Below the pieces are notes generated by a model. It saw only the letters and a program-made list of their open reading frames with translations, did no database searches and was not told the DNA's origin. A stretch of DNA of 64,000 bases from Chitinophagaceae bacterium (lineage in GTDB: Bacteria > Bacteroidota > Bacteroidia > Chitinophagales > Chitinophagaceae): positions 2,506-66,505 of the forward strand of contig CANEWJ010000001.1 of NCBI GenBank assembly GCA_947442625.1. The letters run 5' to 3'. A program made the position numbers and the translations under genes. This document shows positions 19,313 through 29,009 of the stretch, in pieces. The first letter of the stretch is position 1; every line of letters begins with the position of its first letter.

Positions 19313-19375
19313 ACAAAACCTCACAACCCCTAAACCCCTAAACCTCTACACCCCTCAACCCACAACCCATAACCC
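19313..19375 (-). repeat. Octamer array just after the manC stop codon
   Basis: About 8 units on the minus strand (GGGTTGAG GGGTGTAG AGGTTTAG GGGTTTAG...). Confidence 0.85.
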
Positions 19376-19382
19376 ATTGCCT

Positions 19383-20468
19383 TTACAAATATCTATCGCC
19401 CTTGTTGCGTTTGATTTCTGCAACGTACTGTTTGATCTCCTGTTCTTTTTCTTTTTTACAGATCATCAGCACATCCTCAGTATCAACGATGATATAGTCG
19501 TTCAATCCCTGGAGCAGCACAAGTTTTTTGTTGGGAACATGCACCATGTTATGGGTTGCATCAATCACTATCACTTCGGACCCAGAAACAGCATTGCCCA
19601 GGTAATCCTTTTCCATGTTTTCATGGGCAGAGTTCCATGTTCCAAGATCACTCCAGCCGAAAGAAGAAGGAATGATATAGACATTGTCTGCTTTTTCCAT
19701 CACTGCATAGTCGATGGAAACATTCGTGCAAAGCGGATAGATTTTTTCGATGGCGGCTTTTTCTTTTTCGGTATTGAACAGGGTTTTTTCAGCCTCAAAG
19801 ATTTCTGCCAGTTCAGGGAGGTGTTTTTCAAATGCAGCAACGATATTGTTCACCTGCCATACAAAGATGCCCGCATTCCAAAGGAATTCTCCACTGGATA
19901 CAAAGGTCTTTGCAAGGTCTGCATTCGGTTTTTCTGTAAAGGTTTTCACCTTGTATACATTGTCGCTTGCAGGCTGTTGTTCAAACTGGATATAGCCGTA
20001 ACCTGTGTTGGGATGGCTGGGCTTGATACCCAGGGTAATCAATGCCTTATGGGCTTTGACAAAACTCGTGGCCTCAAGGCAAACCTTGGTGAATGCTGTA
20101 TCATCCAGGATGATATGGTCTGCAGGGGCACAAATCAGCGTTCCTTTTTCATTCAATTGCTGCAGCTTGTAGGAGATATAGGCAATGCAGGGCGCTGTGT
20201 TTTTTCTGGAGGGTTCTGCTACAATGTTTTTAGCAGGAATTTCAGGAAGCTGGTCCCTTACAATTTCAACGTATTCCTCTGAGGTGACAATATAAATATT
20301 CTCTAAAGGAATGAATTTTTTGAAACGGTCATGGGTGGCTTGTATGAGAGTCCTACCCGTATTGAGGATATCGAGGAATTGTTTGGGATAAGAAGTGCGG
20401 CTCATGGGCCAAAACCTGCTACCAATTCCTCCGGCCATGATGGCCACATAATGGTTGTTGTTCATCAT
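19383..20468 (-). CDS. manC: Mannose-1-phosphate guanylyltransferase
   Basis: IMAGGIGSRFWPMSR, PKQFL, EKP, WNAGIF, WSDLGTW. Confidence 0.92.
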   Translation of the reverse strand: MMNNNHYVAIMAGGIGSRFWPMSRTSYPKQFLDILNTGRTLIQATHDRFKKFIPLENIYIVTSEEYVEIVRDQLPEIPAKNIVAEPSRKNTAPCIAYISYKLQQLNEKGTLICAPADHIILDDTAFTKVCLEATSFVKAHKALITLGIKPSHPNTGYGYIQFEQQPASDNVYKVKTFTEKPNADLAKTFVSSGEFLWNAGIFVWQVNNIVAAFEKHLPELAEIFEAEKTLFNTEKEKAAIEKIYPLCTNVSIDYAVMEKADNVYIIPSSFGWSDLGTWNSAHENMEKDYLGNAVSGSEVIVIDATHNMVHVPNKKLVLLQGLNDYIIVDTEDVLMICKKEKEQEIKQYVAEIKRNKGDRYL

Positions 20469-20477
20469 AATGTTTGA

Positions 20478-21449
20478 TTAAATTATTCCTTCTCTGATCA
20501 GGTCGTGCAAATGTATGACACCTGCATATCTTTTATCTTCTATAACGACCAACTGGGTGATATTGTTTTTTCTCATCTTATCTAGGGCATCAACCGCCAG
20601 GGCATCTCCCTCAATTGTTTTTGGATGGATGCCCATGATGTCCTTTGCTGTTGTATGGACGATGTCATTCCCTTTTTCCAGCATTCTCCTCAGGTCGCCA
20701 TCTGTGATAACACCCGTCAGCATGCCCTCTTCATCCAGCACGGCGGTAAGCCCCAATCGTTTTCTGGTAATTTCAACAATTACATCCTTGATTGAACTGT
20801 TTTGGGTGACGGCAGGACGATCGTTCAACTTGCTCAGGTCGCTGACCCGGAGGTATAATTTTTTACCCAGGCTGCCGCCGGGATGAAATTTTGCAAAATC
20901 GGAAGAGGAAAAGCCTTTTACTTCCATCAGACAAACAGCGAGGGCATCGCCCATGGCCAGTTGGGCTGTCGTACTGGAGGTTGGTGCAAGGTTGTTGGGG
21001 CAGGCCTCCTGGCTGACGGTGGTATTGAGCACCAGGTCTGCGCCCAGGGCCAGCGTAGCGTTTAGGTTTCCCACCATGGCAACCAGCTTGTTGCCCAGGT
21101 TCTTGATCAGTGTAATCAATACCTTGATCTCCGGGCTCTCTCCACTTTTTGAGATGATCATTACAATATCGTCTTGCTGAACCATGCCCAGGTCTCCGTG
21201 GATGGCATCTGCAGCGTGCATGAAAATGGATGGGGTTCCCGTACTGTTGAGGGTGGCAACAATTTTTTGACCGATGATGGCGCTTTTCCCGATTCCACTG
21301 ACCACAAGCCGGCCTTTCATGGCGTCGATGAGGTGGACAACCTCAACAAATGAGTCGTCAATGAATTCCCTCAATTCCATGAGTGAGGCTGCCTCGATGG
21401 AAAGTGTTTGTTTGGCGATTTCCTTTACGGAGATATTCTGCATTTGCAA
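20478..21449 (-). CDS. kdsD: KpsF/GutQ family arabinose-5-phosphate isomerase (SIS + CBS)
   Basis: SGIGKS, STGTP, HGDLG, FHPGGSLGK, two CBS domains. Confidence 0.9.
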   Translation of the reverse strand: MQMQNISVKEIAKQTLSIEAASLMELREFIDDSFVEVVHLIDAMKGRLVVSGIGKSAIIGQKIVATLNSTGTPSIFMHAADAIHGDLGMVQQDDIVMIISKSGESPEIKVLITLIKNLGNKLVAMVGNLNATLALGADLVLNTTVSQEACPNNLAPTSSTTAQLAMGDALAVCLMEVKGFSSSDFAKFHPGGSLGKKLYLRVSDLSKLNDRPAVTQNSSIKDVIVEITRKRLGLTAVLDEEGMLTGVITDGDLRRMLEKGNDIVHTTAKDIMGIHPKTIEGDALAVDALDKMRKNNITQLVVIEDKRYAGVIHLHDLIREGII

Positions 21450-21482
21450 TGGTTGCTAAGCCCTTGTGGCCCGGTTGAACTG

Positions 21483-21490
21483 CAAAAGTA
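21483..21490 (-). promoter_or_regulatory. Possible -7 element for kdsD-manC
   Basis: TACTTTTG on the minus strand; no clean -33 element. Confidence 0.4.
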
Positions 21491-21547
21491 CCATAATTTA
21501 AAGATGTTTGAAAGCCTGTTCTCTGAGGAATTCTGCCCTATTATCGG

Positions 21548-21555
21548 TAAATTTG
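21548..21555 (+). promoter_or_regulatory. Possible -7 element for recQ
   Basis: TAAATTTG ~100 bp upstream of the ATG; no clean -33 element. Confidence 0.35.
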
Positions 21556-21654
21556 TATAAAGCCTGATCGATTAGCCCCCTGAATAGAACCATTTGTCTA
21601 ATTGTTGGTTATATTTAATTCAAATACCTTAAACAATATCAGCTTTAATCTATA

Positions 21655-23904
21655 ATGCCTCCATCCAAGAATAAAAAAACAGCAAAAGATCCTATACACC
21701 ATTCTGCAACGGGGCATGACCTGCTTTCTCCGCTAAGACAATATTTTGGTTTTGATGCCTTCAGGGGAAACCAGGAGGCCATTATCAACAATGTGCTCAA
21801 TGGCAATGATAGCTTCGTGATCAAGCCTACCGGAGGCGGCAAAAGCCTTTGTTACCAACTTCCTGCCATGATCAGCGAGGGATGCGCCATAGTGGTCTCT
21901 CCCCTCATCGCCCTCATGAAAAACCAAGTAGACCTGGTCAGGGGTTACAGCAGCAATGACAATGTGGCCCATTTCCTGAACTCAACCCTTACCAAAAAGG
22001 AGATCAGGGAGGTGCATGACGACCTGAATGCAGGCACCACAAAAATGCTTTACGTTGCCCCTGAGACGCTTACCCGTCAGGAAAACCTTGATTTTTTCAG
22101 CGGCCTTAAAATTTCTTTTTTTGCGGTGGATGAGGCCCATTGTATTTCAGAATGGGGGCATGATTTCAGGCCTGAATACCGCCGTTTGCGGGAAATGATG
22201 GACCAGATTGATGCAAAAGTGCCTGTCATTGCGCTTACCGCTACCGCAACACCCAAGGTTCAGGGAGATATCGTACACAACCTCGGTCTAAGAAACCCGG
22301 ATATTTATATTTCATCCTTCAACAGGCCCAATCTCGAATACGAAGTGAGGCCAAAGATCAGGAAAGACCAAACCATCAAGGGCATGGTCAAGTTCATCCA
22401 TGAGAACAGGGGCAAGAGTGGGATCATTTACACCCTGAACAGGAAGACAACCGAAGAGCTGGCAGAACTTTTGAATGTCAATGGCATCAAGGCAGGGGCT
22501 TACCATGCTGGCCTCGACAGCAAGTTGCGTGCTGAGCGCCAAGATAAATTCTTGAACGAAGACATGCAGGTGATTGTGGCAACCATCGCTTTTGGCATGG
22601 GCATCGATAAGCCAGACATTCGCTTTGTCATTCATTATAATATTCCCAAGAGCCTGGAGAACTATTACCAGGAAACAGGCAGGGCCGGTAGGGATGGCAT
22701 GGAAGGGAAATGCATTCTTTATTACTCACACAAGGATGTTTCCAAGCTAGAACATTTTCTGCGCGACAAGCAACTGAGTGAAAGAGAGGTTGGAGGGCAG
22801 CTGATTGATGAGATGGTTGCATTTGCCGAAAGCGGACAGTGCAGGAGAAAAGTGCTCATGAATTATTTTGGTGAGAAGTACATGGCAGACAATTGTGGCG
22901 CCTGTGATAATTGTTTGCATCCCAAAGAACAGATTGAGGCAAAGGCCAATGCAGTTAAACTGCTCAAAGTAATCAAGGCCCTGGATGAAAGGTTTGCAGC
23001 CGATTATGTGGTCAACATCACCATTGGCAGGTTGATCCCGCAAATCAAGATGTACAGGCATGATGAGCTTGCCGTTTTTGCAACAGGTGATGATGAGCCA
23101 GAACTTTATTGGACCTCATTGATCCGTCAGATGTTGCTGGAAGGACTTTTGCAGAAAGACATTACCGAACACGGCATATTGAAGATCAGCAAAGAGGGTA
23201 CTCAGTTCCTTAAAAAACCGGTATCTTTTTCAATGACCATGGGTAATTTCTATGAGGATGCCAATGAGGATGATGATGAAGCCGTGGCAGAAGGTGGCGG
23301 AACAGCTACAACAGATCCACAGTTGTTTGAGATGCTCAAAGAGCTGAGAAAGCAATTTGCCAAAGAGAAAAAACTTCCTCCTTTTGTGATCTTCCTTGAA
23401 ACGTCTCTGGAAGACATGGCCACCCAGTATCCAACAACGCTTGCGGAGCTGGAGAAAATCAGTGGTGTAAGCAAGGGCAAGGCCATCCGCTATGGACAAA
23501 CTTTTGTGGACCTGATCGCGAAATATGTGGCTGAAAATGACATCACCAAGCCAGATGATTTTGTGATGCGCAGTGTAGTCAACAAAAGTGGCGACAAGGT
23601 ATTTATCATTCAGCAAGTCGATAAAAAAGTAGGGCTGGACACCATTGCCAAGAACCGCGACATGAAAATGGAGCAATTGCTGGAGGTGATGGAAACCATT
23701 GTTGCCAGTGGCACAAAACTCAACCTGGATTATGCCATTGACCAAATGGTAGACGAGGACGACCAGGAAGACATACTGGATTATTTCAAGAGTTGCGAAA
23801 CCAGCAGCCTGGATGTAGCCAAAGAAGAACTATCGGATCTTGACCTTGAATGGGAGCAGTTGAAAATCATGCGGATCAAGTTCCTCAGTGTTTATGGGAT
23901 GTAA
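21655..23904 (+). CDS. recQ: ATP-dependent DNA helicase RecQ
   Basis: [36 protein letters not shown], Zn-binding CRR..C..CDNC, HRDC domain. Confidence 0.97.
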   Translation: MPPSKNKKTAKDPIHHSATGHDLLSPLRQYFGFDAFRGNQEAIINNVLNGNDSFVIKPTGGGKSLCYQLPAMISEGCAIVVSPLIALMKNQVDLVRGYSSNDNVAHFLNSTLTKKEIREVHDDLNAGTTKMLYVAPETLTRQENLDFFSGLKISFFAVDEAHCISEWGHDFRPEYRRLREMMDQIDAKVPVIALTATATPKVQGDIVHNLGLRNPDIYISSFNRPNLEYEVRPKIRKDQTIKGMVKFIHENRGKSGIIYTLNRKTTEELAELLNVNGIKAGAYHAGLDSKLRAERQDKFLNEDMQVIVATIAFGMGIDKPDIRFVIHYNIPKSLENYYQETGRAGRDGMEGKCILYYSHKDVSKLEHFLRDKQLSEREVGGQLIDEMVAFAESGQCRRKVLMNYFGEKYMADNCGACDNCLHPKEQIEAKANAVKLLKVIKALDERFAADYVVNITIGRLIPQIKMYRHDELAVFATGDDEPELYWTSLIRQMLLEGLLQKDITEHGILKISKEGTQFLKKPVSFSMTMGNFYEDANEDDDEAVAEGGGTATTDPQLFEMLKELRKQFAKEKKLPPFVIFLETSLEDMATQYPTTLAELEKISGVSKGKAIRYGQTFVDLIAKYVAENDITKPDDFVMRSVVNKSGDKVFIIQQVDKKVGLDTIAKNRDMKMEQLLEVMETIVASGTKLNLDYAIDQMVDEDDQEDILDYFKSCETSSLDVAKEELSDLDLEWEQLKIMRIKFLSVYGM

Positions 23905-23936
23905 CGGATCTTGAATGAATCATGTAGTCTACTTAA

Positions 23937-23969
23937 TTTGTGCACTAATAAAATTAGTGCCTATCTTTG
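23937..23969 (+). promoter_or_regulatory. Bacteroidota promoter for the DUF1684 gene
   Basis: TTTG at 23937-40, 21-nt spacer, TATCTTTG at 23962-69; supports a start at 23987 rather than 23915. Confidence 0.65.
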
Positions 23970-23986
23970 AACCCAAAGTTTCGTTG

Positions 23987-24883
23987 ATGTACAGGACAAC
24001 AAAAACAATGGTCATGATTGCATTTTTGATGGGTATCATAGGAGATGCGGCTGCGCAGATCAAAAGCAGTACATACAAAAATGAAATAGTGGAATGGGAC
24101 AAGAAGCGAATGGAGTCTTTGAAGTCGGCAACAGGTTGGGTAAACCTTTCCGGATTGTTTTGGCTCAAGGAGGGTGAAAACAAGTTCGGCAGTGCTACCG
24201 GAAATGAACTGCTGTTCAAGGAAAAAAACTTTCCTGCGTTGCTGGGTAGTTTTCTCTTGAAGGGGAATGAGGTTGTTTGGACAACAGCAGGAGACCATGC
24301 GGTATTTTCCGAGCATGAAAAAATCAAAACAGCCACTATTTTCAGTGGGGAGGAAAAAAACGCAACGCAATTGGCTTTTCAAACATTCAGGTGGAGTGTG
24401 ATCAAACGCGAAGACCTTATCGGTATTCGGTTTCGGGACCTGGCCAGCCCTTTGCTTGAAAAACTGCATCAGATACCTCGCTATACCATCCACCAGGATT
24501 GGAGGATCAATGCCCGGATTGAACAATCTGTGCTTCCTTCTGTGTCGATTTTGAATGTACTCGGGCAGACTACACAGGAAACGTCTGCAGGAAAAGTTGT
24601 TTTTGCATTCAAGGGAAAGTCTTATTCCCTTGATGTTGTTGATGAAGGAACCACCAACCTGTTTGTATTGTTTGGCGATGACACCAATGCCAAGGAAACC
24701 TATCCAACAGGCCGATTTATGTACATCCCCAGGCCCGATGCCAATGGCAATACGGTCATCGATTTCAACAAGGCCTTCAATCCACCCTGTGCCTTCACTC
24801 CTTTCGCCACCTGCCCCATTCCGCCTAAGCAGAATATTTTACCATTTGCCGTAAAATCCGGAGAGCGAAAGATTCATCTGTAG
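23987..24883 (+). CDS. DUF1684 family exported protein
   Basis: FGDDTN..ETYP.GRF, IDFNKAFNPPCAFTPFATCPIPP. Confidence 0.9.
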   Translation: MYRTTKTMVMIAFLMGIIGDAAAQIKSSTYKNEIVEWDKKRMESLKSATGWVNLSGLFWLKEGENKFGSATGNELLFKEKNFPALLGSFLLKGNEVVWTTAGDHAVFSEHEKIKTATIFSGEEKNATQLAFQTFRWSVIKREDLIGIRFRDLASPLLEKLHQIPRYTIHQDWRINARIEQSVLPSVSILNVLGQTTQETSAGKVVFAFKGKSYSLDVVDEGTTNLFVLFGDDTNAKETYPTGRFMYIPRPDANGNTVIDFNKAFNPPCAFTPFATCPIPPKQNILPFAVKSGERKIHL

Positions 24884-24934
24884 AGATCTATGTGCGTTTA
24901 TTTAGTAACTTTTGCCATCAATTGGAATTAAAAT

Positions 24935-26653
24935 ATGGCACAAGAACTCAGGAGCCGCGGTTGGTTTGGCAGGAAAGACAAAGAGGGCATCATTTACAGG
25001 AGCTGGATGAAAAACCAGGGTATGCCCAACGACATGTTTGATGGCAGGCCGGTCATCGGTATTTGCAATACATTCAGTGAGCTGACGCCCTGCAACGCAC
25101 ATTTCCGTGATTTTGCAGAAAGCATCAAGAGAGGCGTTCTGGAAGCGGGTGGATTTCCGTTGGAGTTCCCGATCATGAGTCTGGGAGAAACCTTGCTTAA
25201 GCCAACAGCGATGTTGTTTCGCAACCTGGCCAGCATGGATGCTGAAGAGTCTATCCGGGGCAATCCGATGGATGGTGTGGTCTTGATGACAGGCTGCGAT
25301 AAGACAACCCCTTCCACCGTGATGGGTGCAGCCAGCGTGGGCTTGCCAACAATTGTTGTTCCCGGCGGGCCCATGTTGAACGGACGGTACAAGGGGCAGA
25401 CCATTGGCTCTGGAACCCATGTCTGGAAGTTTGATGAGGACATGAAAACGGGCAAGATGACCCAGGAAGAATGTGGGTTTGCCGAAAGCTGCATGAGCAG
25501 AAGCATCGGGCATTGCATGACCATGGGAACTGCCTCCACCATGGCCACCATGGTGGAGGCGCTGGGCCTCACCCTGAGCGGTGCCTCTGCCATACCCGCT
25601 GCCGATTCCCGCAAAAAACAAATGGCCCAATTGAGTGGAAGAAGAATTGTAGAAATGGTTAAGGAAAACTTGACCATCGATAAAATACTCACCAGGGAAG
25701 CCTTTGAAAATGCCATCAAAGTGAATGCCGCCGTTGGCGGATCTTCCAATTTTATCATCCACCTGATTGCCATTGCAGGAAGGATTGGGGTAGACCTGAA
25801 ACTGGATGATTTTGATGAACTCGGCAGCAAGATTCCGCTGTTGCTGAACCTCATGCCATCGGGCAAATACCTGATGGAAGATTATTATTATGCTGGCGGA
25901 TTGCCGGTCATCCTGCATGAATTGAGGAAGGAGTTGCACGAAAACGTGATAACAGTTACGGGCAAAAACCACCATGAAAATATTCAAGGCAGTACAGATT
26001 GTTACAACAGTGATGTGATCGCAACGATGGATCAGCCCTTGATTGCAGAGGCGGGTTGTGTGGTGGTCAAAGGAAACCTTGCCCTGAACGGGGCCGTCAT
26101 CAAGCCTTCCGCCGCAAGCCCAGCATTGATGCAGCATACAGGCCGTGCGGTGGTTTTTGAAAGCATTGAAGATTACCATGCCCGCATTGATGATCCTGCA
26201 CTGGACATTGATGAAAATTGTGTGATGGTATTGAAATATGTTGGACCCGTTGGCTACCCCGGGATGCCCGAAGTGGGCAACATGGCCCTGCCTAAAAAAA
26301 TATTGGCCAAGGGCATCAAAGACATGGTGCGCATCAGTGATGGCAGGATGAGTGGTACCGCATACGGCACCGCCGTGCTCCATGTTTCTCCAGAAAGTGC
26401 CATTGGTGGTGCCCTGGCCCTGGTGGAAAATGGAGACATGATTGAGCTGAATGTGCCCCAACGCAAACTGCATTTGCATGTAAGCGATGAAGTGCTTGCA
26501 CAAAGAAAAGCAAACTGGATTGCCCCAAAACCGACAGTCAGCAGGGGTTATGTGAGTTTGTACATCAAACATGTGGAGGGAGCAGACAAGGGTGCCGACC
26601 TTGATTTTCTCAAAGGAAGTTCCGGAAGTACGGTTACCCGTGATTCACATTGA
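24935..26653 (+). CDS. IlvD/Edd family sugar-acid dehydratase (L-arabinonate dehydratase-like)
   Basis: SELTPCN, GCDKTTP, GHCMTMGTAST, SDGRMSGT; next to a GntP symporter. Confidence 0.88.
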   Translation: MAQELRSRGWFGRKDKEGIIYRSWMKNQGMPNDMFDGRPVIGICNTFSELTPCNAHFRDFAESIKRGVLEAGGFPLEFPIMSLGETLLKPTAMLFRNLASMDAEESIRGNPMDGVVLMTGCDKTTPSTVMGAASVGLPTIVVPGGPMLNGRYKGQTIGSGTHVWKFDEDMKTGKMTQEECGFAESCMSRSIGHCMTMGTASTMATMVEALGLTLSGASAIPAADSRKKQMAQLSGRRIVEMVKENLTIDKILTREAFENAIKVNAAVGGSSNFIIHLIAIAGRIGVDLKLDDFDELGSKIPLLLNLMPSGKYLMEDYYYAGGLPVILHELRKELHENVITVTGKNHHENIQGSTDCYNSDVIATMDQPLIAEAGCVVVKGNLALNGAVIKPSAASPALMQHTGRAVVFESIEDYHARIDDPALDIDENCVMVLKYVGPVGYPGMPEVGNMALPKKILAKGIKDMVRISDGRMSGTAYGTAVLHVSPESAIGGALALVENGDMIELNVPQRKLHLHVSDEVLAQRKANWIAPKPTVSRGYVSLYIKHVEGADKGADLDFLKGSSGSTVTRDSH

Positions 26654-26674
26654 TGCTTTATTAATCCCATTTAC

Positions 26675-27985
26675 ATGACCATTCTCATCATTGTATTTGC
26701 CATTGCCTTGCAGGTATTGTTGTCTGTTAAAAAGGTCAGCCCTTTCCTGTCTTTGCTATTGGTTACCATTGTAACAGGACTTTTGCTGGGCATGCCTGCT
26801 GAAGCTGTTCTGAAGTCAATTGAAAGGGGAGTCGGTACTACCTTGAGTGGATTGGCCCTGATCCTTTGTTTAGGGGCCATACTTGGAAAAATTTTGGAAG
26901 AGTCGGGTGCTGCTGAAAAAATCACCATTACCCTGATCAATGGATTTGGCCTGAAAAAAATCCAATGGGCTGTCATGCTCACAGGTTTTCTGATTGGTAT
27001 TCCGCTTTTTTACAATGCGGGTTTTGTCATTCTCGTTCCTTTGGTCTTTATGTTGGTCAGGAAAACAGGCCTCCCCATGTTGTACATCGCCATTCCCATG
27101 GCTGCAGCCCTGAGTACAACCCATTGTTTTCTTCCTCCCCATCCCGGCCCGGTAGTGCTGGTCAATGCTTTTGGTGCCGACATGGGAAAGGTATTGATTT
27201 ATGGCATCATCATCGCCATCCCGGCCGTCATCATTGCAGGTCCCATCCTGGGAAGGATCCTGAAAAATGTTCAGTCTGCAGTACCACCCGCCCATTCATC
27301 CCCCGAAAAAATACAGGTGCAGCTGCCCAAGGCTTTTCCCAGTTTTATGATTGCCTTGTTGCCTGTTCTGTTGATTACTATTTCAGTCGTTTGCAATGCG
27401 TTTTTTGAAAAGGCGCATATGCTTCGGCAATTCTTTTCTTTCACTGGTGAGCCGATGATTGCACTCCTTGTTTCAGTTGTGTTGGCAATCTATTATTTTG
27501 GCATCCGGGCGGGTATTGAGATCGACAAGAGCATGAAATGGGTGAGTGATGCCATTGCTGGCATCGCCATGATTTTGCTGATCATCACGGCTGGCGGGGT
27601 TTTCAAGCAGGTTTTGCAAGACAGCGGCACAGGCAGTTATATCGCCGCGCTCAGCAGCAAATGGCAGATGCCTCCATTGGTTTTTGGATGGGTCATCACC
27701 GCATTGTTGAGGGTCATGATTGGGTCTGCAACAGTGGCGGGCATTACCGCTGCCGGCATTGTTTCTCCCCTACTTGTTGCAGGAACTGTATCGCCAGAGT
27801 TGATGGTATTGGCTGTGGGCAGCGGGTCTGTTTTTGGTTCACACATCAATGATTCAGGCTTCTGGATGTTCAAGGAATTTTTCAAGTTGACCCTGAAGCA
27901 AACATTCTTGTCCTGGACCGTGATGGAGACCTTGATTTCCATCATCGGACTGGCAGGTGTACTTGTTTTGAATGCAATGTTGTAA
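26675..27985 (+). CDS. GntP family gluconate/sugar-acid:H+ symporter
   Basis: HCFLPPHPGP, GSATVA, SHINDSGFW. Confidence 0.92.
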   Translation: MTILIIVFAIALQVLLSVKKVSPFLSLLLVTIVTGLLLGMPAEAVLKSIERGVGTTLSGLALILCLGAILGKILEESGAAEKITITLINGFGLKKIQWAVMLTGFLIGIPLFYNAGFVILVPLVFMLVRKTGLPMLYIAIPMAAALSTTHCFLPPHPGPVVLVNAFGADMGKVLIYGIIIAIPAVIIAGPILGRILKNVQSAVPPAHSSPEKIQVQLPKAFPSFMIALLPVLLITISVVCNAFFEKAHMLRQFFSFTGEPMIALLVSVVLAIYYFGIRAGIEIDKSMKWVSDAIAGIAMILLIITAGGVFKQVLQDSGTGSYIAALSSKWQMPPLVFGWVITALLRVMIGSATVAGITAAGIVSPLLVAGTVSPELMVLAVGSGSVFGSHINDSGFWMFKEFFKLTLKQTFLSWTVMETLISIIGLAGVLVLNAML

Positions 27986-28032
27986 AATCATCTGACCGAG
28001 AAAAGGACTACATTAGTTGTCAAATCATCCCC

Positions 28033-28869
28033 ATGCGAAAAATATTTTTTCTTGTGCTGCTTGCATTGTTGAACGGCATGAAAACTGAATCACAGACCAT
28101 GCATCTTGCCACTTTCAATATTCGCTACGACAATCCCCGCGACAGCGGGAACCTCTGGAAAGACAGGAAGGATCCGGTGACGGCATTGATCCGCTACCAT
28201 AATTTTGATGTGGTAGGCGTTCAGGAAGCCCTGAAAAACCAGCTGGATGACATGCAGGCAGGATTGAAAGGCTATGTTTACCATGGCGTGGGAAGGGACG
28301 ATGGGAAAGCTGCAGGTGAACATTCCGCCATCTTTTATAAGACCAGCAAGTACACGCTAGAAGCCAGTGGAGATTTCTGGTTGTCTACCACACCTGAAAA
28401 AGTTGGTCCCGGCTGGGATGCCAAGCTCAACCGGATTTGCAGCTGGGTGGCTTTGAAGGACAAGAAAACTGGTAAGGAGTTTTTTGTCTTCAATGCGCAT
28501 TACGACCACCAGGGCGTGCAGGCGAGGGTGGAAAGCAGTAAACTGATCGTTGAAAAAGTAAAATCCATTGCCGGCGATAAGCCAGTCGTTTTCATGGGAG
28601 ACCTCAATGGCAACCGGGAAAGCGAATGGTACCTGCATGTTGCTTCCTCAGGGATCTTGAAAGACAGCCATGGGCTTGCCAAGATGGTCTATCAGCCCAA
28701 TGGAAGTTTCAATAGTTTTCGCCATGATGGCATCAGAAATGACGTGATTGATCATGTATTTCTGAGCTCCCATTTCAAGGCCAGCAAATGGGCTGTGTTG
28801 ACGGATACTTATTATGGAAAATTTCCTTCGGATCATTTTCCAGTAGCGGTGCAATTGTCACTCCAATAA
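28033..28869 (+). CDS. Exported endonuclease/exonuclease/phosphatase family protein
   Basis: TFNIRY, GVQE, MGDLN, IDHVF, PSDHFPV. Confidence 0.9.
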   Translation: MRKIFFLVLLALLNGMKTESQTMHLATFNIRYDNPRDSGNLWKDRKDPVTALIRYHNFDVVGVQEALKNQLDDMQAGLKGYVYHGVGRDDGKAAGEHSAIFYKTSKYTLEASGDFWLSTTPEKVGPGWDAKLNRICSWVALKDKKTGKEFFVFNAHYDHQGVQARVESSKLIVEKVKSIAGDKPVVFMGDLNGNRESEWYLHVASSGILKDSHGLAKMVYQPNGSFNSFRHDGIRNDVIDHVFLSSHFKASKWAVLTDTYYGKFPSDHFPVAVQLSLQ

Positions 28870-29009
28870 TCTTTACCTGTGATCGATAATCCAACGAAAA
28901 GGATTTAGCAGAATTACCCGATTGAAGTTCAACGGGGCATTCATCACATTCAATTTTATACGATATTTAGGATCAAGTATTTTTTACACTCATTTCAAAC
29001 GATTCTCAA

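Noticed and set aside
19281-20282. 333-aa plus-strand ORF beginning with repeat-encoded PKPLN peptides
   Set aside because: Antisense to manC; the N-terminus is simply the translated octamer array
21655-23904. RecQ C-terminal extension beyond the HRDC domain
   Set aside because: As I recall, this is typical of Bacteroidota RecQ and not novel
24902-26572. 556-aa minus-strand ORF
   Set aside because: Antisense shadow of the dehydratase; no recognisable motifs
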